Position numbers and translations under genes: made by a program. Positions 10,705 to 22,668 of a DNA stretch of 64,000 nt are shown here, piece by piece. The notes under the pieces are model-generated. The model had not been told where the DNA came from, searched no databases, and was given only the letters and a program-made list of their open reading frames with translations. Origin of the DNA: Selaginella moellendorffii (Eukaryota; Plantae; Lycopodiophyta). The DNA is taken from positions 186,001-250,000 of the forward strand of contig NW_003314370.1 in assembly GCF_000143415.4 (NCBI RefSeq). The letters are read 5' to 3'. The first letter of the stretch is position 1, and every line of letters starts with the position of its first letter.

Positions 10705-13700
10705 CACTTTTGATTATCGCTGAAGAGTGCTTGGATTTGGGATTTTGGTTTAGATTTAACTTTTGCATTGTCTAAATCTAACTTTTCCCATCTCCTTTTT
10801 TTTGTTCTTTCTTCTTAGGATTTTGGTTTAGATCTAGCTTTTTCAATTGTCTAGATCTACAATTTCCTTTTAGCTTTTTGTCATTTTTCTTCTTTTGCTC
10901 TTTCTTTGTTCGTCTTTATGGCAAATTAACAATCTCCTCCTTTAACTCTAGAGCAGTAGTAGATACAATTGTTTGATGTTATGCATTTGTAATTGAACAA
11001 CCAAACTTAATTGATGGTGGCATTCACGGCATGTGGTACAACTTCTCCTGCTCTTGGTGCCAATCCTTACGTTCGGCCGGAATTCTTTCGCGGGAATCCT
11101 AGGGATGATGTGTACCATTGGTTCGATCACTTCACGGTGATTGCCACATATCATTTTTGGGATGATGCTCGACGTTTACATGAGTTTCCCACGTATCTCA
11201 AAAGGACGGCGTTGCAGTGGTACAATAGTTTGAGCGCAGCCACTCGTGGAGATTGGAATGTTCTCCCAGACATCTTCAAACGTGCTTTTGAACATGCCAA
11301 TGATTGTGATGATACCTTCTAACAATTGCATCGTCTTCACCAATGGCCATTTGAGACAGTGATGCAATTTGGCATTCGTTTCCGAAGTCTTTTGCTTTGT
11401 GCGGAGACAAATATGTCGGAGCGGATTAAGCTTGGAATGTTGTGGCCAGCATTTCGTCAAGATTTTGTCGGACTTGTGCATGCACTTGCTCCCGCCACCC
11501 TTGATGATGCTCTTCGCTTGGCACAATGTTATGAGACATTGCCTCTTCCACTTCTCGCTGCACGTCCTTCAGCCCCACTTCCTATGGGTGATGGTCCTGT
11601 TCTAATGGAGGTTGATGCTGCTGCTGCTTGAGTCCAAGGACAAGGGTGAGGACATGGTCGTGGCCGTGATGTTCGTTGCTGGGTGTGTGATGAAGTTAGT
11701 CATACTTATCAGCATTGTCGGCATTTTCCAGATTGGCAACCTCCATTTCTTGGCTGGAGACCTTGGTGTCAGCAACGTCCCGTTGATGCTGCTATAGTGG
11801 AAGGTTTGGACACCGAGATGCATCCAGAAAACAAGGAATCATGTGAGTAACGGAGGGACCTTGCGCGAATAAGTCAATGACCCTTCCATCTTTCTTTTGG
11901 GAGTATCATCAAGGGGTTCACTCGGCACCGGTTCATCCAGTGTTTACTTTCCAAGCTCATTTTTATAACAAGAGGTCTCCTATTATTCTCTCCGTGTTGG
12001 TTGATACAAGTTCGAGTTTATCTTCTATTGCTCGATCTGTTGCCACACGTTGCCATCTACACTTGCGTCATGCGGCGGAACCAATTTTCATTCTTTATGG
12101 CAACGTGCATGTGCACGGGATGAGGCGGACTTGGTTGTGTGTGTGGGCAATTTTGAGCTTTTGCGGGTGGTGCCGAGTCAAGCTTTTGACCTTATTCTTA
12201 GTATGGATTGGTTGCAGCGCAATCATGCCAAGTGTGACTTTGAGGCTTCTCCCCCTTGTCTCATATTTCTTTATGTTTCATCCATTCCTCTCACTTCCGT
12301 ACCTCTTCATCCCTCTATTTCTACCTCTGCTTCCATTACTTTTGTTCCCCCACTATTTGCTCTTATATTTCTGTCTTGTTCTGTTCTTCCCTTTTCCAAC
12401 CCCTCTAATGATCTTTGTGTTGTAGCGGTTGACCGGCTCATGAAGGAGTATTCTAATCTCTTTGAATTTGACCTATCATCCGGGGCCAAGATTGCCACAC
12501 ATCATTCAATTCCAACCAGGGATGCTCGTCCAATTAAGGTTTTTATTCGTCGTCGGTCACCCAAGGAGATTAAGATTTTACATGCAAACATCAAAGAAAT
12601 GTTGGAGAAGGGTGTTATTTGGAAATCGTGAAGTCCTTGAGCATGTGAACCTCATCTTGTGATGAAACCTGATGGGAGTATTCGTTTGTATATCGATTAT
12701 TGTCTATTAAACGAAGTGACAATCCCAAATGTATACCCTCTTCCTCACACTGTTGATCTCTTGGATTGTTTGGAGTGAAGTCATTAGTTCACCACGCTAG
12801 ATCTTGCTTCTGGGTACTGGCAAGTATCGATGGCCGAAGAAGATATTTCTAAGATTGCTTTTTGTACACTATTTGGTTTGTACAAGTTCTTGGTGATGTC
12901 GTTTGGTTTAAACAATGCTTCAGCAACTTTCTAACGGATGATGGACGAGGTTATTTGCGATATGCCAAGATGACTACTGACTTTATTGATGATGTCTTGA
13001 TCCACTTGGAAGGGATGTGGGAGGAGCACATTCGTGATGTTTATAAAGTGTTAGATCGGCTATGCAACGTTGGTTTAAACCTGAAGTGGTCAAAATGCGT
13101 GTTTGGGTCCAAGGACACAACTTATCTTGGGTACCATATTTCTCATGAGGGTTTACAAGTTGATCTTGACAAACTTGTGGCTATTCTAAAGTTTTCTATT
13201 CCGAAGTGTGTGAATGATTTGCAGTGCTTCCTGGGCAAGGTGTAATATCTCGGTCGTTTTGTGGATCATCTTTTTGATCGAACTACACTGTTGCAAGCAT
13301 TGCTAAAGTTATCAACATCATCTTTCATCTGGTCTCCAGATTGTGGGCGAGCGTTTGTGGATCTCAAAGAGCTATTAACAACTCCTCCGGTTTTGGCATA
13401 TCTTGACTACACTCGACCTTTTATTTTGCATGTGGATGCTTTTGACATTGGTCTTGGATGTGTATTGATGCAAGAGAGCTTGAGTGTGTCTGGTCAGCGC
13501 CATCCCATTGCGTATATAAGCCGTACATTACAACCAGCAGAGATGAACTACTCTACGGCAGAGAAGGAGTGTTTAGCAGCAGTTTGGGGTTTCGAGAAAC
13601 TTCATGCATATCTACATAGTTCTCAAACGTTACTTGAAAGTGACCATGCTGTTGTTACTTCATTATTGAAACAGAAGAATCTGGTTGGTCATACTACTCA

Positions 13701-15306
13701 ATGGGCTTTGAAGCTTCAGATATATGATTTTGATGTTGTTTATTGCCCAATGAGTTCTATGGCTAATGCTGATGCCCTTTCTTGAGCTCCTCTTCCTTCT
13801 TCACTTTCTTCTCATGTTTTTTACAAACCTGTTATTCCAGCATCTATAGATTTTCTAGACGAGGATTTTGTGTCATTAACGGTTGTTGTACTTGATGTTC
13901 AATGTCCACAAGACGCGGAGCAAGATCTACCTTCTCTTGATGAAGTTCGCGAGGCTCAAAAGATTGAGTCATGGATTCGAAGGCTTCGAGATGGGTTTGA
14001 GAATCCTGCATCACTTGTTGATGACTTGCCTTTCCGGCATTTACATTATCAATATCACCTTAAAGACAGTCTTTTTTATTTTGTGGGGACGGATCCTAAT
14101 GATCATTTATGGCTGGTGGTGCTTTTTTGTCTTTATTCTGTGGTTTCTCCATGCCTACCATGATTCTCTTATTCTAGGTGGGCATATGGGACATCGTTAT
14201 ATAACCGAGAAGCTGCACAGGTCTTTCTATTGGCCAGAGATGCAGCGTGATATTATCCGGTATGTGTGTAGTTGCATTTGGTGCCAAGCTCGTAATAGTC
14301 CCCCTCGTGTTGTGGAAAGACAGTTGGAGTCAATTGTAGTTTCCCGTTCATTTGAGTTGGTGGTGTTTGATCCTGTGGGACCTTTTCCACGGTCGATTGC
14401 TAACAATAAGTATGTTATTATTGCTTCTGACTACTTAACTCGTTGGGTGAAAGTTGGTGCTTTTGTTAGTGCCTTTGCAACTGTTGTTAGATACTTCCTC
14501 CTCAATCAAGTGGTATTCTAGCATTTTTGTCCAGAGCAGATTCTTTTGGATAATAGTCCCGCATTCATGGATAAAGCATTTCATGTTTTGACGTCTCGGT
14601 TGGGGATACGTCACACTTTCATGAGTGCTTATCATCCACAATTAAATGGTCTGGTGGAACGGCTCATTCGGACATTCAAAGGGATGATTGCGAAGTATGT
14701 GAACTTTCAGCATTCGGATTGGGATGGTTATTTGTTGTCTCTTCGGTATGCATATGTCACAGGGGTGTAAAGTATTGGTGCTTCACCATATAAACTTTTA
14801 TATGGTCATGATCCAATATTACCAACGGAGTTGGGTTTACCTTCACGAGTGCCACGAGCTCTTGATGCTAAGTCATGGGATCAATATTTGACAAGCATTC
14901 TTCCACTTGTTCGAGCAGAGTCTGCCGAACACTTAGACCACATACAAGTGGGACAACAACGGTGCTACAATTCCCATCATCGTCCACATGCAGAGTACAA
15001 AGTGGATGATTTGGTGTTAGTCCGTTTTCCCCATTTTACAGTACATGGTTTATCTAAGGGGCTCCTTGCGCAGTGGAAAAGACTGTATCGGGTGTTGCGG
15101 CAAGTTGGACCACAAGTTTATGAAGTTTGGCATGATGTCCAGCAGGTCAATCCTCCAGAGATTGTGCATGTGCAACGGTTGAAATGTTTCATACAAAGGG
15201 ATCAGGAGCAATTAATACCGTCTACAGATCCATCCATGCCTCCTCCTGACGTTCCTCCAGATCCCGGCCCATCTACAAGAGAACTCAGACAGCCTTCCAT
15301 TATTCC

Positions 15307-15489
15307 GAGAGGAGGGGATGATGTGAGGGCCAAATGTATGGCTACGATGCCGTATACTAATATTAGCGTAGTGGGATTTTGGTAGCTGTTGGATTGGTTT
15401 CAATCCGGACCACTCGCTCCTGTATATAAACTAGGGTTTTTGGGCTAATTAATATGCACATTTCTGTATTCCCTTTCCATGCACTCACA
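15307..15489 (+). repeat. polypurine tract (15307-15321) and 3' LTR (15322-15489)
   Basis: GAGAGGAGGGGATGA immediately precedes TGTGAGGGCC...GCACTCACA. Confidence 0.9.
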
Positions 15490-15749
15490 ATGGTAGAATA
15501 TACAATTTTTAAAGAATATTGCCAGTATTAGCTTTTTGGAGTATCACCTTCATCGTCATCGTCCACTCAGAGCTAAGCACTAGTAAGTGGGTTTTTCGGT
15601 TATGACCAAGTCGGGGCGAGGATTCCAACGCCTTGTTGGTTACCGAAGAAGCGCTGGATCGCTTGCATAATTATTTAACTAAAGCCATCTTGAGCGTCAC
15701 TGACCAACAAATTCACCTGAATAACTAAAGAGTATTTTAAAAGTGGTTT

Positions 15750-16500
15750 AGGTGCGAGGAAGACAAAGGTGTAATGCTTCTATCTTGTTTCTTAAAGTGG
15801 AAAGTAGAAGGTGTGCGTCAATCCTAAAAGTGGCAAGCTCTGATCGCAAAAAACCTTTTCTCTCCCACCTGAAGTGTCAGTTTCACCATCAAGCATTCCA
15901 GTGGCGTGGGTGTTGTGGAGGTACTACATGGAAGCGGTCTCTTTGGTGATAAATAATCTCTTGATACCATCCAGTTCAGTGATGCTACCACACTGCCAAG
16001 AAGTATGCAGTATTGGATTGGATTCAACCTGAGAACTTTGGGCAGCAGTTTTTGGATATCTTTTTTTACTGGTACCATTTATGCCTATACAGCAGGTAGT
16101 GGAAAGAGGTTGGGGTTCTAATGTATAGAAGATATTATGGACTGATTTTGAACACATCATAGGGGAAAATGGTCATTAGGTTTATAAGCCTCAAACTGGT
16201 GAATCTGTGCTTGAGGGGAAATTGGAAAGGTCGGAGGAGTACTGGTATAGTACTTTGGGATTAGTTTCGTTGAGAGGAGAGCTCATCACTGAGATATATG
16301 CACTTACCACTGGTAAAAAGTGTTGATGGTTTTGTAAAAGAGGAAGAAAAGAAATGTCATCATTTTCTTATACGTGGTGAACTCATCCCAGCAAGCCCAT
16401 TTTACCTGGATGATGAGTTCACTATGTTCCATGGACAAACGAAAATGGTGCTTGATTTGAAGACTCAAGTGTGGAAAGTTCAAAAGTTTGTGAAACCAAT
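15750..16500 (+). pseudogene. degenerate gene remnant, possibly F-box plus associated domain
   Basis: Broken frames with ...KWQALIAKNLF (F-box-end-like) and LDLKTQVWKV (propeller-like). Many stops. Confidence 0.3.
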
Positions 16501-16539
16501 AATGATGGAAACAGACGAAAAATCACACCATTGGCGGCA

Positions 16540-17202
16540 AACGACATTTTGTCTGTCACCTCTTCGGCACTATCAAGCTGCCCGTTCCATGCTGTGACAT
16601 CACGAGAGGGCATGGATACAAAGAGTTCCCTGGCCTCACTCGCTCTGCCGCAGTTAGAGAGCCCCTTGATCACTGAGCTCCATGACACAACGTGCCTCTG
16701 CAGCATTCTGTCGAATGCAAGCCTGGCCTCATCCAAGCAGAAGAATTGGCAGTAGACTGCGATCATGGTGTTCCAAGATACTGGGGTTCTCTCAGGCATG
16801 GATTTCCAAGCAGCCATTCGTCCCAAATGCCACGAGCTCTACATTCCATGAGATGACACAGTGTTTTGGACCTGCAAGGCTTGAGCGAGATGCCCCGCTT
16901 GAGGAAACCCGGAAAGTAGCGAGTTCCACGAAAATGGATCCGCATCAAAGCACGTTCATTTCTTCAACGTATCCAAGTTGGGCATTTGCTGCAACAACAG
17001 CATTCCAGGAGACGATATTGCAGAAAGGCATTTTCTGGAACATGATATTCACAAGATTAATGGAGCTGTTCTGTGCGCCAGATGACATCAAGCAGTCCAG
17101 GAGATTACGTTTCTTTTGATCAAGCATAAACTTTGCGCGATCAACACACTGCTTTGAGCATAGGCTGACACTGCGATGTTCCACAACACTAAGCTTCTGC
17201 AT
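16540..17202 (-). pseudogene. PPR (SS/PLS-type) gene fragment
   Basis: MPERTPVSWNTMIAVYCQ..LDEARLAFDRM..HVVSWSSVI...MPSRDVTAWN and MPFCNIVSWNAVVAANAQLG lie in different frames. Confidence 0.8.
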
Positions 17203-17285
17203 GGCATTTTATCAAACATCACCCTTGTCATGTCAATCTTAAGATTTATTATTTGTATTATTTATTTTAGTAACAGCTCGTTGGT

Positions 17286-18511
17286 TTAATTTATTTGGAG
17301 CTTTTGTGAATGCTTGCCATCCAAATATTTTGTGTACACATTTGTGATGTGCTCTTGGTATACGGTTGACTTGTAGAGTGGCGGGTTTTGCTCATCAATA
17401 AGTTCTGGCAGGGGGTCCTATCACAGCATCCCGTGATGGATTGCAAAATGCCACGATGGAGAGACGAGTTTGATCAGGCTGGACAAGGACTCGGTGCTCA
17501 ATGCTCTTGTATTTTCCATTGCTCAAAATCTGGCATGGAAACGAACAAAGCCATGATTAAAATCAATCCAAGTCACTTACTTCAAGCTGATCAGCGATGT
17601 TCACAATGAATGCATTCTTTATAGGCTTCAAGTCGTACCAGAGATCACCTTTCCTGGCCTGGAGTCCGCCAACTTGATCTTCAAACAGGATTGTCAAACC
17701 GCCACTATCGGTGTGGCCATTCATCCCAAGAGCAAGGTCGGGATTTGGGCACGGCGGATAGTAATTTGATCGCAAGATCATCTCTGAGTCTCCAAACGAT
17801 TTCGCGAGGCAGTTTGAATCCAGCCCGAGTCCTTCAGACAAAGCAGACATCAGAGTCTGACTCAGATGTTTCACGCTTGAAACATAGCTGGAAGCGAGCC
17901 TCCTGCAATATCCAAGAAACCAAGCAATCTCATGAAATCCAGATTAGTCAAGCTCATTTACTTGTAGCAGGCTGGTTTTTCCGGCCATGGATGCTCTTTT
18001 TCCCTGTTTGAAAAGTAGTGCTGGAAGTGATCGTGCCACTCCATATGAGTCTCTTGAGAAGGTGTCATACTCGTGCAGTACCGCACGGGCACAAACACCT
18101 CCTCTGTATAATACTTCATCTTCTCCTCAATAGGAAGATCAAAGAGCTCAAGCACTCCATGGACCATGCCTTGCATGGTTGCAACAGGAATCCCGTGGTT
18201 GATCACCTGCATGTGACATCATATTATGAATGATCCTTTTGAGCAGGTACACATCAAAATACCTGAAAGATGCCCCATTCACTCGAAGCCTTGCACAAAG
18301 TTTGAACAAATTTCTCTCGGTCACTCTCCAATTCAGCCATGTCAATCACAGGGATCTCCACTCCGGGAACGATCAAATGCTTCACAGCTCGGTGGCTGGG
18401 AGGTTTGATATAACGGCCAGGAATGGTAACGAGGCCATTATCCATGAGAGCTTTGACACCCTTTGGAAGAACATCAGTCTGCTGATTGACATTTGCAACA
18501 AAGGAAGGCAT
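17286..18511 (-). CDS. 2-oxoglutarate/Fe(II)-dependent dioxygenase (DOXC class; DMR6/FNS/F3H-like), 4 exons
   Basis: IPVIDM...EWGIFQ/VINHGI...NYYPPCPNPDLALGMNGHTD...NIADQLE/ILSNGKYKSIEHRV...RLS. HxD..H and RxS are intact; stop at 17286. Confidence 0.93.
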
Positions 18512-18635
18512 AGCTACAAAATAGGAGGAAATAAGATGAACGAGATTCATAGAATTGGTGGGTTTATATAGTTGATTTTCATGATGTTAAAGTCCAAGTT
18601 GGTGGCCGCGAAAGATCTTCTTTCTAGGTGGCAGC

Positions 18636-18643
18636 CCACGTGG
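18636..18643. promoter_or_regulatory. G-box (CCACGTGG) in the divergent promoter between dioxygenase and MFS genes
   Basis: Perfect palindromic G-box ~70 bp from a minus-strand TATATAAA at ~18563-18570. Confidence 0.45.
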
Positions 18644-19041
18644 CCATCGCCTCAATTCCTTAAAACATCACGTCTTTTCTTTTTCGAGACTCTGGATAGT
18701 AAGTGACGAAGCCGGCAGCAGCAGCGAAGGAGGGAGCCGACATCGCGGCTTCGATTTTCTACATCCATCAGTCACGAGATTACCGAAATAACATAAATAG
18801 ATAGTTGTCAAGCATGAGACTGATGGATTAAAAAATGCCAAGATTGAAAATTAGAGCTACATCTTGCAGATCTTCCTGGTCTTCAGTCCTTGTTGTGTGC
18901 TGCTTGGACACATTTTCTTTCTGGAAGGGACGTAGGAAAACTAAGAAAGACAGTGAATATGTTCTCTTTCGATTTGAATTCCATCCATATTTAAATATAT
19001 GCTCTCCGCTCTTATTTCAATCTAAAGTTTAGCTTAGGATC

Positions 19042-20709
19042 ATGGTTGGGACGATCAAACACCTCTACAACAGTCGATGGATGGTTGCATTGGCAAGTTT
19101 CTTCCTCATGATCTCCACGGGAGGATCACTCAACAATTTCAGTCTCTTCTCGCAGCATCTCAAGCTGTCCCTCGACTACAACCAAAAAAATATCAACACC
19201 ATAAGCTTATTTAAGGACGTTGGCACCAGCGTCGGGATTCTCTCCGGCCTCGTCTATGATCTCACCGGGCCCTGGGTCGTGCTCCTCCTTGGATTTGCGC
19301 TAAACTTTGCTGGATACTTCACGATATGGCTGGCTACAACGCAGAGAATCGCACACCCCCATGTCTGGGAACTGTGCTTCTATCTCTTTATGATCGGCGC
19401 ATCGGCAGCCTTCACCACCACCGCTGTTCTTGTGGCCTGTGCCAAGAATTTCCCCAAGAACCAGGGCATGGTTCTTAGTCTTCTCGACAGTACGCAGGGA
19501 TTGAGCGTTGCGATATTCACGCTGCTTTACCAGGCCTTCTTCTCTCACAGTGACGATTCATTCGTTCTCTTGCTGGCCTGGTTTCCATCGCTCTTGTGCC
19601 TTCTATTCGCGTTTTTCATTCGATCCGTCCCACTCGACGGCCGCTACAATGACTCGAGAACGCTCTTCGTCTTCGTGTCAGTAACTTTGATCCTGGCTGG
19701 ATATCTCATGGCTATTATCATCCTCCAGCACTTCGTGCGCCTAGAGTCTCGGATCATCAAGGCCTTCTTTTCCATTATGCTGATCATTCTCTCCATCCCA
19801 GTTCTTGTGGTTCTGAGACAGGAATCCAAAACCCTCCGGCATCGCCATCGCGAAGAAGTTGATGTTGATCTAGTGGAGAACGCAGCGATAGAAACTCCTC
19901 AAACAGATTATCAACACGTAGATCGTCCGGATCATGGGGCAGACGCCGCTGCTCCAGCTATCGCCTCGCACATTTCGATCTTCTTCGTTAAAGGATCGCC
20001 CGTCAAGCGAGGAGACGATTTCACAATCCTCCAGGCGCTCTGTAGCATCGACATGTTTCTCATCTTCGTGGCCTCAACCTGTGGCATTGGCGCTGTGCTA
20101 ACCGTGACCAACAATTTCGGCCAGATTGGAACGTCCCTTGGCTACTCCCAGGCCGGAACAAACACTTTCATCGCCCTCCTTAGCATCTGGGACTTCATCG
20201 GTGGCGTTGGCGTTGGCTTCATCTCGGATATATGCCTCGCCAGCTATGGCGTCGCAAGGCCCTTCTTCCTGTGCCTGGTTCTCTTGCTTCTCTCGCTTGG
20301 GAGCTTGATAATCGCTCTTGGGCTTCCCGGAGCGCTCTTCTACGGCTCGGTTTTGATTGGGTTGTCAATCGGTGGCCAGTGGTCGGTTCTTTACACCATG
20401 ATAGCGGAGATCTTCGGGCTCAGGTTCTATGGGACGCTCCAAAATGTAACTTACGTCGCTAAGGCGCTGGGAACTTATGTTTTGTCCGTCCGGGTGGCAG
20501 GAGTTTTATACGACCGCGAGAGTAAGCTTGGACCGAGCAATGGAAGTTTGGATGGTGATGAGCTCCTTTGCCATGGACCACATTGCTACAGAACAACCTT
20601 CTTTGTCATGGCTGGAGTGTGCTTGTTTGCATCCATTGTGAGCTTGATCTTGTCCATTAGAACAACAAAGTTTTATAGTGTCACTCTTCGAAAGAGATTA
20701 ACTGGTTAA
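19042..20709 (+). CDS. Major facilitator superfamily, nodulin-like/NFD4-like transporter (555 aa, intronless)
   Basis: LDYNQKNINTISLFKDVGTSVGILSGL, NFPKNQG, RGDDFTILQAL, EIFGLRFYGTL, CHGPHCY; many hydrophobic helices. Confidence 0.93.
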   Translation: MVGTIKHLYNSRWMVALASFFLMISTGGSLNNFSLFSQHLKLSLDYNQKNINTISLFKDVGTSVGILSGLVYDLTGPWVVLLLGFALNFAGYFTIWLATTQRIAHPHVWELCFYLFMIGASAAFTTTAVLVACAKNFPKNQGMVLSLLDSTQGLSVAIFTLLYQAFFSHSDDSFVLLLAWFPSLLCLLFAFFIRSVPLDGRYNDSRTLFVFVSVTLILAGYLMAIIILQHFVRLESRIIKAFFSIMLIILSIPVLVVLRQESKTLRHRHREEVDVDLVENAAIETPQTDYQHVDRPDHGADAAAPAIASHISIFFVKGSPVKRGDDFTILQALCSIDMFLIFVASTCGIGAVLTVTNNFGQIGTSLGYSQAGTNTFIALLSIWDFIGGVGVGFISDICLASYGVARPFFLCLVLLLLSLGSLIIALGLPGALFYGSVLIGLSIGGQWSVLYTMIAEIFGLRFYGTLQNVTYVAKALGTYVLSVRVAGVLYDRESKLGPSNGSLDGDELLCHGPHCYRTTFFVMAGVCLFASIVSLILSIRTTKFYSVTLRKRLTG

Positions 20710-20777
20710 TAAATGTTAGCTGCTGAAATGAACAGTAAACTTCTATAAGGCCATATATATTTTAAGCAATTACTCAC

Positions 20778-20862
20778 TTGAGTTATTATTTTAAATGCAA
20801 AGTCAAACCAGCCTATTGATGGTCGATGTTTTATGGGATAATTTCTCAATAACACAGATAAT
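20778..20862 (+). repeat. diverged direct repeat of 22296-22386 (BSP upstream region)
   Basis: TTGAGTTATTATTTTAAATGCAAAGTCAAAC...GGGATAATTTCTCAATAACACAGAT vs TTGAGTTATTATTTCAAATGTAGAGTCAAAC...GGGATAGTTTCTCAATAAGACAGAT. Confidence 0.8.
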
Positions 20863-21598
20863 CATGCAAAAGAAAGACCATGAGATAAATCATTTCTCTT
20901 GTATGCAATGGATATTAATATATATGATCAGAAAGGAAAAAATTGTAACAATCATTAGCAAATATTTACTATTTAATTTGGTGAGATTAAATACAGTGTA
21001 AGACTTCTTTTATTGTGTACTGCTTCTAATCACTTTATCTACCAAGCTTCATGATAATAAACTACATGAAAAATTAGAAACTCAAAAAGTAAATAATAAT
21101 TAACTAACTATAAAATAGAGAGAGCATAGGAAAACAATTATAATGAAGATTGCCACATGGCAAGTTGTGCAAAGACAAATATAAAATCTATTTACTTACA
21201 CTAATGCTTTAGTTTTAAAGTATATTATCTTGAATATTAAACAAACCTTTAAAATTTTTATTATTTTGCATTTTTAATAAAAAAATCATTTGCTGCACTT
21301 TGCATGTAGCAATGTTTGGTTATAATAGTGTCATTCCTGTTTATTATTATTGAATAATCTAATTGATCAATAATTATAAATATATTTATAAATTACAGGT
21401 TTGCTTAAGCAATCCAAAAAATCATCTAAAGTATTCAATTATAATAATTTACTCTTTATAAACTCTTTAATTATAAATTTAGCTTATAATAGCTAAAAGG
21501 CTATTTAATTTTACCTTTATCTAAGACTCCTATTTGATGTATATTTCATAATGACAATTTGGTTCCATTCTTCAGACAAAATCTATAAACAAAGTTCA

Positions 21599-22261
21599 TC
21601 ATTGAAATTTCTGTTTGTAATCGCTCCACAACTGATCCACACTCTTTCCAGTCAGATCCTGGAAGTAACTTTCACTCCACCCGTCATAGAGCTTCTTGTT
21701 AAGCTCTGCCACAAAGCTGGGATGGAGATCGTTGACATAGTTTAGAAACAGTGCAGTCACGGTATACCCCTCGTCCCAGTGGCTCCCCGACCCCACAAAC
21801 CCATTGGTCGACACGCCTAGCTTAGCCTTGAGCCTCATAAAGTCGGCAATCCCCTCGATCAGTCCCTGTGGCGCCCGGCTCCCCTCCTTGCCGAACCACT
21901 GCCAAATGTGAGTCATCTCGTGGTACAAGACGCTTAGGAGCTCAAAAACCAAGTCTCCAGTGAAAGTAGCAACAAACTGTGCGCTGAGATGGATCTCCAC
22001 ACCAATGGCGTAGGCCACCCCAGGCATGTCGTCCACTGTGAAGTGGATGGTGTCAATCTCCTTCTTGGGTGTGTCGGGGCTCATATACTAGAAGCCAAGC
22101 TGGACGAAGGCCATGGCGTCGGCGAGGATGGAGAGGGCTTACTCCCATGACAGAGTCGAAGCGCTGGCCTCCCGGGGATTCTGTGTTGTGTTGGCGCCTG
22201 TGATGGAGGTGCCTTGAGTTACCTGGAATGTTGCTAGGATAATGAGGAGAAAAATTGCCAT
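21599..22261 (-). pseudogene. plant basic secretory protein (BSP/PR-17) pseudogene
   Basis: Signal peptide MAIFLLIILATF, GGQRFD, YHEMTHIWQW (HExxH), GLIEGIADFMRLKA, WDEGY. A frameshift near 22140 and an in-frame TAG at ~22088-22090 cut off the N-terminus. Confidence 0.85.
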
Positions 22262-22668
22262 TTTCTTTATGTTTTTCTTTTCCTTCTTATATCATTTGAG
22301 TTATTATTTCAAATGTAGAGTCAAACTCGCCCATTGAATAATTGTCTATGTTTCCTGGGATAGTTTCTCAATAAGACAGATGATAAAACAGTTATTTACT
22401 TTATTTTTCCGGCATCTTTCCTAAAGGTAGACCCCATTGTTAATCAAAACGATGAGAAAAACAAAGGGTGGCACCTGCAAACAAAAGAAAGTTTTAGAAA
22501 CAAATCGCAAAAGGAGAGAGAAATCGCAAAGATGGAAGGATTCCAGGGATGCGAGAGAAAACTTTCGGGACAAAGAGAAAATCTCACCACCAAGTCTACT
22601 AGAGCGCTCAATTAGCATGCGAGAGGCACTAGGATTGATACTCTCTACATTCCTTTTCTTTCTCTTCT

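Larger units (their letters stand above)
10512..15489 (+). mobile_element. Full-length but decayed Ty3/Gypsy LTR retrotransposon (non-chromovirus, short LTRs)
   Basis: TG...CA LTRs at both ends, PBS and PPT. Frameshifted gag, protease (VLVDTS), RT (FIDDV), RNase H (PIAYISR..NYSTAEKECLA) and integrase (H..GGHMG...CIWCQ, YHPQLNGLVER) in Gypsy order. No chromodomain. Confidence 0.95.

Noticed and set aside
11011-15385. Individual gag/pol ORFs as functional genes
   Set aside because: Multiple stops and frameshifts and a mutated protease site; treated as one dead retroelement.
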